Origin: Eledone cirrhosa
Lineage: Eukaryota
Length of the DNA stretch: 64,000 bases
Reading direction: 5' to 3'
Assembly: GCA_964016885.1 (NCBI GenBank)
Contig: OZ024741.1
Coordinates: 358,422,001 to 358,486,000 of the forward strand
Below are positions 12,601 to 24,568 of this stretch, one piece after another. The stretch's first letter is position 1; every line of letters starts with the position of its first letter. The position numbers and the translations under genes are program-made. Under the pieces are notes generated by a model. The model did no database searches, was not told where the DNA came from, and saw only the letters and a list, made by a program, of their open reading frames with translations.

Positions 12601-12603
<3 letters not shown>
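12322..12603. mobile_element. PLE terminal-repeat module forming a ~103-bp-arm palindrome (12392-12603) with a hammerhead on each strand
   Basis: Arms 12392-12494 and 12501-12603 are reverse complements; the tail 12322-12390 is homologous to 14009-14080. Confidence 0.85.
12539..12587 (+). ncRNA. Type I hammerhead ribozyme motif (mirror copy on minus strand at 12408-12456)
   Basis: GATTC-CTGATGA-TTTCTAATGAAT-GAAA-CAG-TTCTAGTC-CTG-TA-GAATC. Confidence 0.8.
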
Positions 12604-12674
<71 letters not shown>

Positions 12675-13635
12675 CGAAGGAAATGTGGTAAGGAACCAGG
12701 TGGACCATAACGCACCAAAGTACTCAATACTTAGGGTAGTAGAGTGGGTAATAGGAACGAGTAGGACCCCGACGGCTGAGCTCAAGCCGTTTCGATGGCT
12801 AATTCTGGACTAAATAAAAATTTTTATCCTGGTATTTGAATTGCCGAGCTTCTCAGGGGGTAATTCCATATATGGTAAAAGTGATTGTCACAAGGATTGG
12901 TCAAAAGTTTGTTGTTGAGACATAATAATTCTATCATGGCAATTTGTGGAGGGAAGGGGTAGCTAAACCTGCCAGTAGAAGAAAGAGGGAGAGGGGGTGG
13001 AGGAAACCCAGTCGTGGTGCGTTGATAGTGCCAACTACAGCTGGGCATGAGGCAAAGAAGATACTGGGGGGGGGGGAGGTCGAAACAATAAGTAAAACAA
13101 CATGGGGTAAATATATAGAGAAATACCGAGAGTGTTAAAAAACAATTAAATGTAAAAAAAAACAATTTCTGGTTACTATAACCTAAGGACAGCTATCAAG
13201 TCTCTCACTGGTACTGCTAGACTAAAGAAAGGTTTACTAGGTGGGACGGGATTATAATGAGACCCTTTTAAGAGGTATAAGTAAACAACCGAATATATCT
13301 TACGGTGACGGGTCAACAAGTAGGGGGCCAAAATACTAAAGAAACTACCACGAAATAATAATTCAGAGTCCCGAGACCAGTACGAAATAAAGGTTTCTAC
13401 CCCAGGCACAAGGCCAGCAACCACCCAGTGCAAAAAAAATAAACTAATACGAAATAATAATTCAGAATCCCGAAAAAGAAAACTAATACTATCTCTAAGG
13501 GTGCCGTCACGATACAAAAATTCTAGTGCAAACTACATAAATGCTCGTACGAAAAAATAAATACTGATATACGAGAAAGAGTCCAGAATTAGCCGTCGAA
13601 ACGGCTTGAGCTCAGCCGTCGGGGTCCTACTCGTT

Positions 13636-13705
<70 letters not shown>

Positions 13706-13783
13706 CATATGTATATATATATATTTATATATGTATATATATATATTTATATATGTATATATGTATATATATATTTATATGTA

Positions 13784-14111
<328 letters not shown>

Positions 14112-15678
14112 AGATAAATCTACCAAAATATACGGTAGTGTCCAATCCGTATGAAGAACTCAATGTAATACAAATATCATGAAAAGAGAAGATGTATTCA
14201 AAAATCTTTGATGAAAATCATAGGAAAACAGAGTCAAGATAAATTAATAAAAACAATGAAATAAAAACAAAGAACAAGTTCCTTATATTAAAAATTTCAT
14301 CATTTTACGATCGTTTCTAGGATGTATATGTGTGTTGGAATGTATATCATATAGATTTATATAAAAATATTGCAAACTATCAGAGGAAATATACATACCT
14401 ACACATATACATGCTGTCTTCAGAAATGATGAGATTTGTTTATTGAAAAAATCCAACAAAGATTTAATATAAAAGGTCTGTTTGGAACAGGTTTTGAATT
14501 GACCAATAGAAAAGTAGTTAGAGGTTAAGTTGATAGAATAGTAGTAGAAATGATCAAGTTTTGAATTGATATTTTGAAAAAAATTATTTACAAGAAACAA
14601 AATAATGTAATTTTGATTTGATATATTACAAAAAATATTGTTTTCCAATTTTTCATGCATTACATTTTACATTGAGTAAAATGCAGAGTTTTTCTCCATA
14701 AATTATATCACTGATTTAAAATCAAGGCGCGAGTAATTCAGCTAGTATATAAATAAAGTAAAACCTGTTGGTTGTAGCATGGTGGTGGACGAAGTCAAGC
14801 TTCTTTGAAGACTACTATGTTGTCCATGAAGGGGAAGGTCACTAAGTGATGCTTGTATAGCCGTGACGCCTAACTCATAGGTCAAGTTATCTGGATTATC
14901 AAATATCTGGCTACAGTGGGTCAGCCGCAGGATTGAGCCTCGCGAGTTGGAATGGCTCTTCCATCGCATCTCCCTTGACGTCCTCCGGGGAAACGCCTTC
15001 TCCATTCTGTCCGCCGGGGCTGTGGGGAGACCACCAATATGATTGACTGACTTGTCATTTTATCAGTCAACCTTGTTTCAATATATATATATTTGAAACT
15101 ATACCAGTTAGGTTCTATCACCTCTGTCAGCTGATAGCACGTTAAATCTGGCTACGGTGGGCCGGAGTGAAATTCGAGCGACCGTAGGGGCGGTGGCGGT
15201 AACGACATCCACATCAACAACTCCATCGGTAACAGCAACATCTCCATCGTTGTCGCCACTAAAAACAATATCTCCGGCAACAACAACAACACCTACCCTG
15301 ACAGAATTAATAAAACAGTCAACAACATCCACAACAACAACAGTAACAATAATCCTGACCGCACCCTCTGTCGTGACTTCAACGGTTGCTATGCCACTTC
15401 AGTAGTCATGGCAACAGCTGTGATAGTAGTAGTAGTTCTTAATCTATCTATTATTAAAAGCAGGAATGTCATTTGATATATACACAGACTCATTAACTGC
15501 TTAATGAACACAACCCCAAGGATATGGTCCGAACGTGGAAGACACGAACTCCCACTGTCATCGCCTCCATCTCTCTCGCCTTCCCCATCTCTCCATTTGG
15601 TGAGCAAATGGGGTCCCAGGTGCAGGCCTCCCCACAGCCCCGGCGGACAGAATAGAGAAGGGGTTTCCCCGGAGGATG

Positions 15679-15735
<57 letters not shown>

Positions 15736-15937
15736 CTAGTGGCGACAGACCATTTGTTCAAACTTCAATACAAGATAATACCTAAAAAAAAATAATAAAA
15801 AAATTATCGCTCTACATGGCTGAATACATGCCAACACAAGAGCAAGAATGAGGGGTTCATTCTATTGACATGGCTTAAAAGAAGCTGTTTGCATAATTGC
15901 AAACGAATTGAATATTATTATTAATATTAAAAAACTA

Positions 15938-16130
15938 GGGCGGTGGATTGGCAGTATCGGTAGAGGGTCGGACGCCATGCTTTCCAGCATAGTTACGTCC
16001 CTTTACGATCTGAGTTCAAATCCCGCCGAGGTTGACTTTGCCTTTCATCCTTACGGGGTCGATAAAATAAAGTACCAGTTATGCACTGGGTAATTGCTGG
16101 CCTTGTGCCTAAAGTAGAAACAATTATTAA
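15938..16130 (+). mobile_element. tRNA-derived SINE with a Nin/Deu-like core domain; ~20-bp target duplication
   Basis: GAGTTCAAATCCCGCCGAGG B-box region and GCCTTTCATCCTTACGGGGTCGATAAAATAAAGTACC core. ATTATTAATATTAAAAAACT occurs on both sides. Further copies at 19049-19228, 39363-39542, 41474-41667, 58601-59757. Confidence 0.85.
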
Positions 16131-16163
16131 TATTAAAAAAACTCAGATTACATCACTATAATA

Positions 16164-16201
<38 letters not shown>

Positions 16202-16265
16202 AGGCCGATGTCCCAGATAGGCCTCAGCCGGATGGCTGGAACAGATAAGAGTAAAAGTGTAAAAG

Positions 16266-16292
<27 letters not shown>

Positions 16293-16296
<4 letters not shown>

Positions 16297-16830
16297 CACT
16301 ACCTCCCTACGGACCATTGACACCGCACATTAGGTCCGAACACAGAAGAGCCGAACTCCCATTATGAGCAAATGGGGTTTCATGTGCTGGCCGCCCCACG
16401 GTCCCAGAGGACCGAATGGAGAAGGCGTTTCCCCGGAGGATGGTAAGGGAGATGCGCTGGAAGAGCCATTCCATCTCGTGAGGCCACACCTGCGGCTGGC
16501 CAGCTCAGTGCCTATGGTGGTAAGTAGGGAGGTAGCTCTAGGGCCAAGGAAGTCTCGATTGCTAGGGGCTCGACTGCAAACCTGTCGGAGAGCGACCGAT
16601 ACTTGGAAAGTTTACCATTCTCAGCCCGAATTGCAGCAGAGCCTGGGTTAGTCGCAGAATGCACCAAATTGCGGCTGGAGAATCTGTCGCTGCAAGTGAC
16701 ATCCCAGACTAGGGGTTTACCACCGTGGACGGGAAGATGGTCATACCGTCTGGCTTTTTGCCGTCCCCGCGTTACAGCCCCACTGTCTCGAGCTGGGATG
16801 GGAAGCCTGCAGCATTCAAGCTATGCTTTA
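16293..16830 (+). mobile_element. GC-rich interspersed repeat, probably a LINE (RTE-like) 5' region (copies 14915-15030 -, 15510-15680 +, 44545-44815 -)
   Basis: GAATGGAGAAGGCGTTTCCCCGGAGGA(C/T)G..AAGGGAGA(T/C)GC..TGGAA(G/A)AGCCA shared across the copies; the 15510 copy matches only the first part. The class assignment is inference. Confidence 0.55.
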
Positions 16831-17107
16831 TGATCTCGTTGAGGGCAGCATAGTGGATGGAGCACCATTGGTAACAGTAGTGGTTATGTTTGTAGTAATG
16901 ATGGTGCCGGAGTTTCTCAAGTTATGTGTTGCAATCTCCTTTCGTGTTGGGCTATTTTACTATCAACACTTGGATGTGTTGGAGTTGGGTACTGCTGTTT
17001 GGGGTGTCGGTAGGACGATAGCATCAATGCTATTTTATTATAATTTTGTTTACTGTATTCATACATTTGCAATTTATTTTACACACACGCACACGCACAC
17101 GCACACG

Positions 17108-17142
<35 letters not shown>

Positions 17143-17332
17143 TATTCAAGTAAATAAACGTTGGTTGATCAAATAATCGACCGATTGTGGAGTAAACAGA
17201 CGTAAAGCCAGGATCAATAAAGTATCAGACGGAGTGTCAATAAGACAGATGATTTTAAGTAGACACCCACTGTTCATGCTTTTTTCAAAGTGATTGCATA
17301 ATAACCCTTTGATGTTTTTTCATCATAAGTTC

Positions 17333-18494
17333 TGTAGTAAGAGTTGCCTCCCCTGCCATGACAATCTCATCACCGCTCTCTAGACAGGAAGAAGGTGGAG
17401 TTGCTTCCCTTTGGGATTGACCAGACTCCCTGGTGGTCACTTCCGGTTAACAGGTATAAAAGGAGCGGTTTACCACGAAATCTCTCTCTCGCCTCCTGAA
17501 GTGGTAACACATTCGACCTTAGCTTGTGATTCCTTCTTGACGACCCTTTCGTTACCAAGCTCAATGCAACTTGCAGTCTGAGATGAGAGCCTAAGATGTC
17601 TCTACCAACTTCAGCCTTGTATTATGACCATCGGGTAACAAATCCTTATAATTAATGCCTTTTGACTTCCATGAAGTAAAAACTTTATTACTACACACAC
17701 ACCGGTATTTACTGTCTTTTATATTATGTTGCATGTACACCGATACTAATTTCCTAAAGTGGTGACCCCCGACGTGATTTAAAAAAAAAAAAAATGAATG
17801 GGAAATGGTATACGGTGTATTTAATATGATATAAAAAAATAAAAAAAGAGAAAAATATAATTTAATACAAAAGGAACACATTCTTTACTGCTGTCATGTG
17901 ACTGCACACATGTTAACTGTATTTTAGATATTTGAACTTTTGACCTCTTCTCTTACTTCCATTACTCTGTACCATAGTTTTCATGCCTCTTACATGCTCG
18001 CCATCTTACTCCATGCATGCTTCTTTCGATTTTTATGTTTTAAAAATCTGGCGGGAGATAATGTAGTAAGAGTTGCCTCCCCTGCCATGACAATCTCATC
18101 ACCGCTCTCTAGACAGGAAGTAGGTGGAGTTGCTTCCCTTTGGGATTGACCAGACTCCCTGGTGGTCACTTCCGGTCAACAGATATAAAAGGAGCGGTTT
18201 ACCACGAAATCTCTCTCTCGCCTCCTGATTCCTGAAGTGGTAACACCTTCGACCTTAGCTTGTGATTCCTTCTTGACGACCCTTTCGTTACCAAGCTCAA
18301 TGCAGCTTGCAGCCTGAGATGAGAGCCTAAGATGTTTCTACCAACTTCAGCCTTGTATTATGACCATCGGGTAACAAATCCTTATAATTAATGCCTTTTG
18401 ACTTCCATGAAGTAAAAACTTTATTACCACATACACACCGGTATTTACTGTCTTTTATATTATGTTGCATGTACACCGATACTAATTTCCTAAA
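17333..18494 (+). mobile_element. Non-autonomous miniature LTR retrotransposon (TRIM-like): LTR 17333-17758, internal 17759-18061, LTR 18062-18494
   Basis: Two highly similar ~430-bp direct repeats starting TGTAG, each with TATAAAA. PBS TGGTGACCCCCGACGTGAT (17760-17778) is complementary to the tRNA-Trp 3' end. Purine-rich GGCGGGAGATAA precedes LTR2. GTTC TSD at 17329-17332 and 18495-18498. Confidence 0.9.
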
Positions 18495-19276
18495 GTTCTG
18501 ATGCCTTTGTTTTTGATATGCCACCGTATATAAATGTGTGTGTGTGTATGAATGTATGCGCGCATATGTGTGTGTGTATGTCTGCGCGCGTATGTGTGTG
18601 TGTGTGTGTAAACCAGCTTTCGATTCCTCGGAGACGCTGGCCACGAAACACAAGCATCGCTAACAACAAACGCACATGGTTGTCTCCCAGCCTGCTAGAA
18701 ATAGCAGTCAGGTTGGCTAGCATACCCGGGATGTATTTCTTCTTTGATGTTATAAAATTAGTATCAGTAAACCTTCCTGGATATACCCTTATTTCATTGC
18801 CGTACTTTACTTTTCGATTGTCACTTTTCGTTTTTGTGTGATGCGTGAAGGGACCAACCAACAAACATCTCACTTTTATATTATGTATAGATTGTAAATT
18901 AGACTTTATATATTCTACATCCTGCTACAGATTCATAGCAGTAATATTTTCTCATGATAAGACAACAATCTTAGAAAGGTGCATAGGCAGGCAATCTCTT
19001 ATGCTTTTCTGTGTACAGAGGAATAGTTGAAAGTGTTTAGACTTGAAATGGCAGTATCTGTAGAGGGTCGCTCGCCATGCTTTCCAGCATAGTTACGTTC
19101 CTTTACGGTCTGAGTTCAAATTCCGTCGAGGTTAACTTTGCCTTTCATCCTTACGGGGTCGATAAAATAAAGTACCAGTAATGTACTGGGTAACTGCTGG
19201 CCTTGTACCAAAAGTAGAAACAATTATTTTCACAGCCTGAAATTTCATCACCACAATTACCACTTTTGCACACGCG

Positions 19277-19352
<76 letters not shown>

Positions 19353-19371
19353 ATATATATATATATATGTA

Positions 19372-19411
<40 letters not shown>

Positions 19412-19685
19412 AACAAGTATGACCCCGACGGCAGAGCTCAAGCCGTTTCGACGGCTATTTTTGGACATGGTTTTGGAGATAGACTCCGATAACCATATAT
19501 ATTCTGAAACTACATTGCCCAGGGTACTTGGATAAGTATATTTCATTTTAATCAAAGGGTTCTCCGGTGGCACAAAGCCCCGCTTGCCCCCGCTGAAAAT
19601 GGTTTCCCTTCGATTTATATGAAATTTAAACCATAGGTAAATGACAAGATATGATGCCTATTCACAAAATTTAGTAGGAAAAGAG

Positions 19686-19721
19686 TCTTAACGTTTCGGA
19701 TGCTAGTCCTTCATCAGAAAA
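19686..19721 (-). ncRNA. Minimal type I hammerhead motif in a pLTR copy (family of 523 and 4599)
   Basis: Minus strand: TTTT-CTGATGA-A-GGACTAGCATCC-GAAA-CG-TT-AAGA. Confidence 0.7.
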
Positions 19722-20071
19722 TAGAATGAGAAATTAAAGAAGAAATAGAAAGATTGAGGAGACGGGCAGTGGCGGAAACAAAAAAAACCAAAAAGTTAGA
19801 GTAAAAAAACAAACAAACAAAAGCAGCTCCATTCATGTAGATGGTGGGAATGGGTAATCGAAAGAGAAAAGTAGAGTAAAATATATATTAATAAGAACGG
19901 TGAAGTTTCGTTTACATGTATTTAGATTTTTATTGTGTTTCGAGCTGTAACGGTCATTTCGCAGAGGATTGGCTCATGGTCCCCCTTAGAAATTATGGAC
20001 ACGGCTCCATTATCCATCTGCCCTTCAGACTGGCGATGCGACAAAAAACATTATATTTTTTGTCGCATCGG

Positions 20072-20160
20072 CAGTCTGAAGAGCAGATCGATAATGTAGT
20101 CGGGCCCACAACTGCTATGGGTGACCCTAAGCCAATCCTCTGCGAAACGCGCGTAACAGG
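20072..20160 (+). ncRNA. Hammerhead motif with a long stem II; diverged inverted partner at 19942-20032 (-)
   Basis: GT-CTGAAGA-GCAGA-(~50 nt)-TCTGC-GAAA-CGCGCG-TA-AC. Imperfect palindrome centred near 20052. Confidence 0.65.
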
Positions 20161-20189
20161 TTGATACACGATAAAAACCATCCACTTCA

Positions 20190-20385
20190 GTCTGTTATGT
20201 GGTAACGACAGTACCACGAGAAAACATACCCTATACACGTTGTGAAGTGGTTGGCGTTAGGAAGGGCATCCCGTCGTAGAGACCATGAGAGAATGGGACG
20301 TATGAGCGAGACACAGTCATCGGACGTGACAACGCATCTAATCCATACTGCCATAGAAAATAGATGTTAAACGGTAATGATGGTA
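20190..20385 (+). mobile_element. SINE/short retroelement with RTE-like 3' end and (TGA)n tail (copies 22985-23135 +, 38470-38735 +, 39078-39340 -, 57920-58270 +)
   Basis: Shared AAGTGGTTGG(C/T)GTTAGGAAGGGCATCC..GTAGA..CC(G)TCTAACCCATGCTAGC(G)TGGAA..GGACGTTAAAC(G)ATGATGA. Confidence 0.7.
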
Positions 20386-20396
20386 ATTATATTTAT

Positions 20397-20765
20397 AGGG
20401 TGCGTGGTAAGAAACTCCATATTTAAAATTGTTTACAACTTTATTACTTATTGGTTAATTTTCATAAAACATATTTTATTCTGAACAGTATAATGATGGA
20501 AGTATAGTACAGTGTTAACATTTTACATAGGCAACAGCGTTTGTAATCGTCTGGGTATATCCTCGACTGACTTTATCAGGAACTCAGGCGGCATGTTGGT
20601 CAGTACATGACGGATTCCTTCCTCCAATTGAGTCAGTGTTTTTAGTTTTGAGCTATAAACTTCTTGCTTCGCCCACCCCACAGGAAAAAATCACATGGCG
20701 TTAAGTCAGGGATTTTTGCCTCTCATTTATGTGGACCTTGATGACCCAGCCAACGTCCTGGAAAT
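20397..20765 (-). mobile_element. Tc1/mariner-superfamily transposase C-terminal remnant
   Basis: Minus-strand translation FPGRWLGHQGP..PDLTPCDFFLWG..KQEVYSSKLKTLTQLEEGIR..PPEFL..RRLQ. Confidence 0.75.
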
Positions 20766-21659
20766 TAGATTCAAATGAAATCGATTCAATCTATTATACA
20801 CAAATTCTTTATTTCTAGTCTTTAATTCTAACCAACGCAAGATTTTACTTTTGTGAAATTTGTTCTTCCCGAATCATCATTTCTTCCTGGTATATGAAAC
20901 ATGTTTGAATGTGTGACAGAGGGATAATTTTTCGTTTTTTTTTAAATACAATCTTTTCTTTGCTGTATTTAAACTGTAAGTTAATCCCGTGACGTTTACA
21001 TAAGCATTTCTCGTCTCTATTTTATTGATACGATCGACAACTTTACACTTGTAGGTAGATTTGGAGCAGTTGACTTCAAAACCTACCATAAAGTTTCCTT
21101 CTTTCCTCAGAATGCGTCTCAATTCATTTATTTTGTTTTCTAATTTATTTTAATTAAACTATAATTAATTACCAGAAAAGTTTGAGAATTTAGATTAATG
21201 TATTCTTTATGGTGTTTATTTCTGTTTCAAATTACATCTATGGCATTCGGGCTATTATTCTTTTTAAAGTCAGTAATCTAATTCCTATATATTTGTTGTT
21301 GTTTTTAAAGTGAGTAAACTAACTCCTACATTATTGTTGTTGTTGTCTTAAGTAGCTCACAGAGAAAAGTTATTTTAGCTCGAAAAACAATACAAAACCA
21401 AAACAACAACAATAACAACAACAACAACAACAAACAATGAGGGTAATGAAATATGCAGACATTGACACAAATACAAACCGAGAGAATATAAAGAAATCTA
21501 ATTATGAGATCAAATTGCTTTCTTCTCCATGACAGCTTCAATAAAGTAGCGGAAGTTATTTCAGCAATTATTTCATAAACGCGTAGACCATTCACTGATT
21601 TAAAACAATTTTTTCAGTTGGGTTCCTTTAAATTCCTTACATTTAATTTAGGAAGAAAG

Positions 21660-21775
21660 CATTAAGGATTCAGCCGGATCAGTTGGAGACGGTTGCTTCT
21701 GATAGGACCCGCTGGAAGGAGTGGTTGATGACTCTGCCTCCACGACCCTCTCAGGAATATGTGGGCGAAGAAAAA
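21660..21775 (+). mobile_element. RTE-like LINE 3' end fragment (shorter copy ~4460-4500)
   Basis: IQPDQLETVASDRTRWKEWL..PRPSQE followed by an A-tract; CCACGACCCTC.CAGGAATA.GTGGGCGAAGAA is shared with 4468-4501. Confidence 0.55.
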
Positions 21776-21944
21776 AGGTTGAGCTTTAATTTTATCGAGA
21801 GATGAGAAGTCTCCTTGAATAACCTCACTCGAATATCTATTAGAAAATAAGATTAACCCTGAGAAACAAAATATATTCTTTTAGTATTCCTTTACATCAA
21901 GACCTATTTAAAAGCGCTGTATACATGCATTTCAGAGTTTTTAC

Positions 21945-22235
21945 TCTTTGTCGCGAGGTGTGAGTTCGATTCTCGTACCATTGTGTTCTTGAGCAAGCCA
22001 CTTATTTCACGTTGCTCCAGTTTATTCAGCTGTTGAAATGAGTTGCGACGCCACTGGTGCCGAGCTATATCGGCCATTGCCTTTCCTTTGGACAATATCG
22101 GAGTCGTAGAGAGGGAGATTAGTATGCATGGGCGACTGCTACTCTTCCACAAACAACTATGCCCGGACTTGTGCTTCGCAGGGGGACTTTCTAAGTGCAA
22201 ATCCCATGGTCATTCGTGTCCGAAGAGGATATTTA
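21945..22235 (+). mobile_element. tRNA-derived CORE-like SINE family (copies 23444-23620 +, 35585-35815 +, 35989-36290 +, 37490-37800 -, 63200-63502 -)
   Basis: Shared GAGTTCGATTC..TTGTGT(T/C)CTTGAGCAAG(A/C)CACTT(T)ATTTCACGTTGCTCCAG; tRNA-like heads GAAGGCGC(G/A)TG..T(A)GTGGT. Confidence 0.75.
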
Positions 22236-22559
22236 TCCTTGTCAATAATTGCCTACTGACACCGGGATATCGAAGTATGAAATACATTAAATCTTTATAA
22301 GCTATTCACATTGAAAGCTTATTCACATATAGTGAAAGCTTGATGAGCTACTAATAATTAGTGATAGCACTAACATGATGCGATTAAGAATTAGAATTAG
22401 ATTTTGGCACCTTTGTATACCTTAATGTCATCGGTTTTTGATATTTTTGGGAAAGACAAGAAATCCTTGCATAATTCTCAAAGTATTATTTTTATTAGTA
22501 TCTTCACATATATGTAGGTTGATCAGTAGTTTTGTTGATTACTGGAGTCAATATATATA

Positions 22560-22635
22560 CAGGGTATCCGAGAAAATGTATATACACTTTGATTAGAATG
22601 TTGTTGGAGTGTGTATACATTTTTGGGACGCCCTA
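22560..22635. mobile_element. Tiny Tc1/mariner-type MITE
   Basis: Imperfect TIRs CAGGGTATCCGAGAAAATGTATATACACT / AGTGTGTATACATTTTTGGGACGCCCT with TA flanks. Confidence 0.6.
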
Positions 22636-22902
22636 TATATATACATTTAAACTTACACTTACACTCACACATATAACGATACTGATACACACACTCTCCA
22701 CTTTGCGTTCCTACTCGTTACCAAGACTACCTAACAGCTCTTTTTGTGTCTTTACTGGACATTCTTTCTGTTTCTCCATTGTGATCATATCTCTATTTGT
22801 ACTCCTGAGGCTTAAACTCAACACTTCCATCTTTCTTTCCTCTTTCCAATATAAAACGTGAAACTAATAAACTTTTTATACCCCTGTTTGTTGGCTCCTT
22901 GA

Positions 22903-22984
<82 letters not shown>

Positions 22985-23320
22985 AACCTGTCAGAGACAC
23001 TTCCGTACGAACGAGACACGGTCTCCTGACCATTCCCGCATCAAATGGAACAACACCGTCTAACCCATGCTAGCGTGGAAGATGGACGTTAAGTGGAAGA
23101 TGGACGTTAAACGATGATGATGATGATGATGATGATATATATATATATATATAAACAATGAGTTATATGGTTTGTTGATTATCATTCAACAAAGTTAATT
23201 TTATAACAGATTTGAAGTACTCTACAGTATTTATCTGGAGTGTTATTAATATTAGTTGCCGTTAGTGAACTTATACTATTAAGTCTACTCTAAGGTATGT
23301 CAATATCTTAACACCAAATA

Positions 23321-23380
23321 TATTTTATCTGATGAAAGCACACTAAAATTTTGTGTCCTTTAAATACGTATAATAAAATA
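23321..23380 (+). ncRNA. Degenerate hammerhead motif (GAAA changed to TAAA); related to 61897-61958
   Basis: TATTTTAT-CTGATGA-AAGCACAC..GTGTCCTT-TAAA-TACGTA-TA-ATAAAATA. 8-bp stem I, palindromic stem III. Confidence 0.55.
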
Positions 23381-24157
23381 AATATGGTATTATAAAGATA
23401 TTTTCCAATTATTAATATTGTTAATATAAATATATATAATGGTGAAGGCGCGTGACTGAATGGTAAGAGAATTGGATTCACAATCGTGAAGTTGTGAGTA
23501 CGATTCCTGAATCGTGCTATGCGTTATGTCCTTGAGCAAGACACTTTATTTCACGTTGTTCCTTCTACATGGAGTTGCGACCGATAGATAGTACTAGCAA
23601 TTGGAAACATTGTTTCTTTGGTCCTGTCGATATATATATTGAAATTACAGGAAAAACCGATATATAAAGTGAAATTACAGAAAAAAACAGAGAAGAAAAA
23701 AGTTTGTTTATGTTTTTGCCCCAGAGACGAACGAGGCACGATAACAACATAATGCTTCGTTCGTCTCTGGGTCAAACACATAAACACTCTTTTTTCTAAT
23801 CTGTTTGATTGTTTGATTGTTTCTTTGATTGTTTGATTGTTTCCTTAAAGTTTACCATTATTCCGTTGGTATACATCTATTACGTAATTAACACCTGAAA
23901 ATGTTACCGGGTTTTTACGCAACGTGGCCACTGAAATGTGCATAGTGTTTGCAGAATTAAATAATTAAGGATATTCAACATATTTGGCCTCCTGTAATTT
24001 CACTTTATAATACATTTACTCCGTTCCCGCACCACCAACATGATTCAATATCAAAGATGGATGAGGTGCATAACGTCGAGTGGTTTTCTCATATTACGTC
24101 ATGGTTAACATTGCAGAACGACCAATTCTACCCAGTGGTAAGCCACCAAATTTAAAC

Positions 24158-24216
<59 letters not shown>

Positions 24217-24364
24217 TTGGTGCTCTGAAATAGCTATATATATATATGAATGTATATATAGTGTATTTTGCAATACACTGTATGCTTAATTAAAAGCATT
24301 TCGAAGACCTTATGCTATTGTTTTAGAGTACTTACTTTACTTTTCAGCAAATAGGGGGAGATAA

Positions 24365-24409
24365 AGCTGACAAGGCCTTGTTTCGCATTTATTGATGCTT
24401 ATCAAAGCC
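24365..24409 (-). ncRNA. Type I hammerhead motif, U3-A8 core variant
   Basis: Minus strand: GGCT-TTGATAA-GCAT-CAATAA-ATGC-GAAA-CAAGGCCTTG-TC-AGCT. Stem I is extended by pairing of 24341-24360 with 24415-24433; adjacent palindrome 24429-24525. Confidence 0.75.
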
Positions 24410-24523
24410 AACTACTCCTCCTGTTTGCTGAAATCATGGATGTTTGGTTCTTATAGAATTCTAGTAAATAATCAGGAACTGATTATACAGAGAATTCTAT
24501 GAGAACCAAAGATACATGATTTC

Positions 24524-24568
<45 letters not shown>
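24524..24568. repeat. (GATA)n microsatellite at the 3' end of Tx1 copy 1
   Basis: Direct read. Confidence 0.95.

Noticed and set aside
15938-16030. tRNA-like A/B boxes here and in other SINE heads
   Set aside because: No intact cloverleaf; followed by SINE core and tail.
17760-17778. tRNA-Trp-like sequence
   Set aside because: Only the complement of the 3' ~18 nt, positioned as a primer-binding site; not a tRNA gene.
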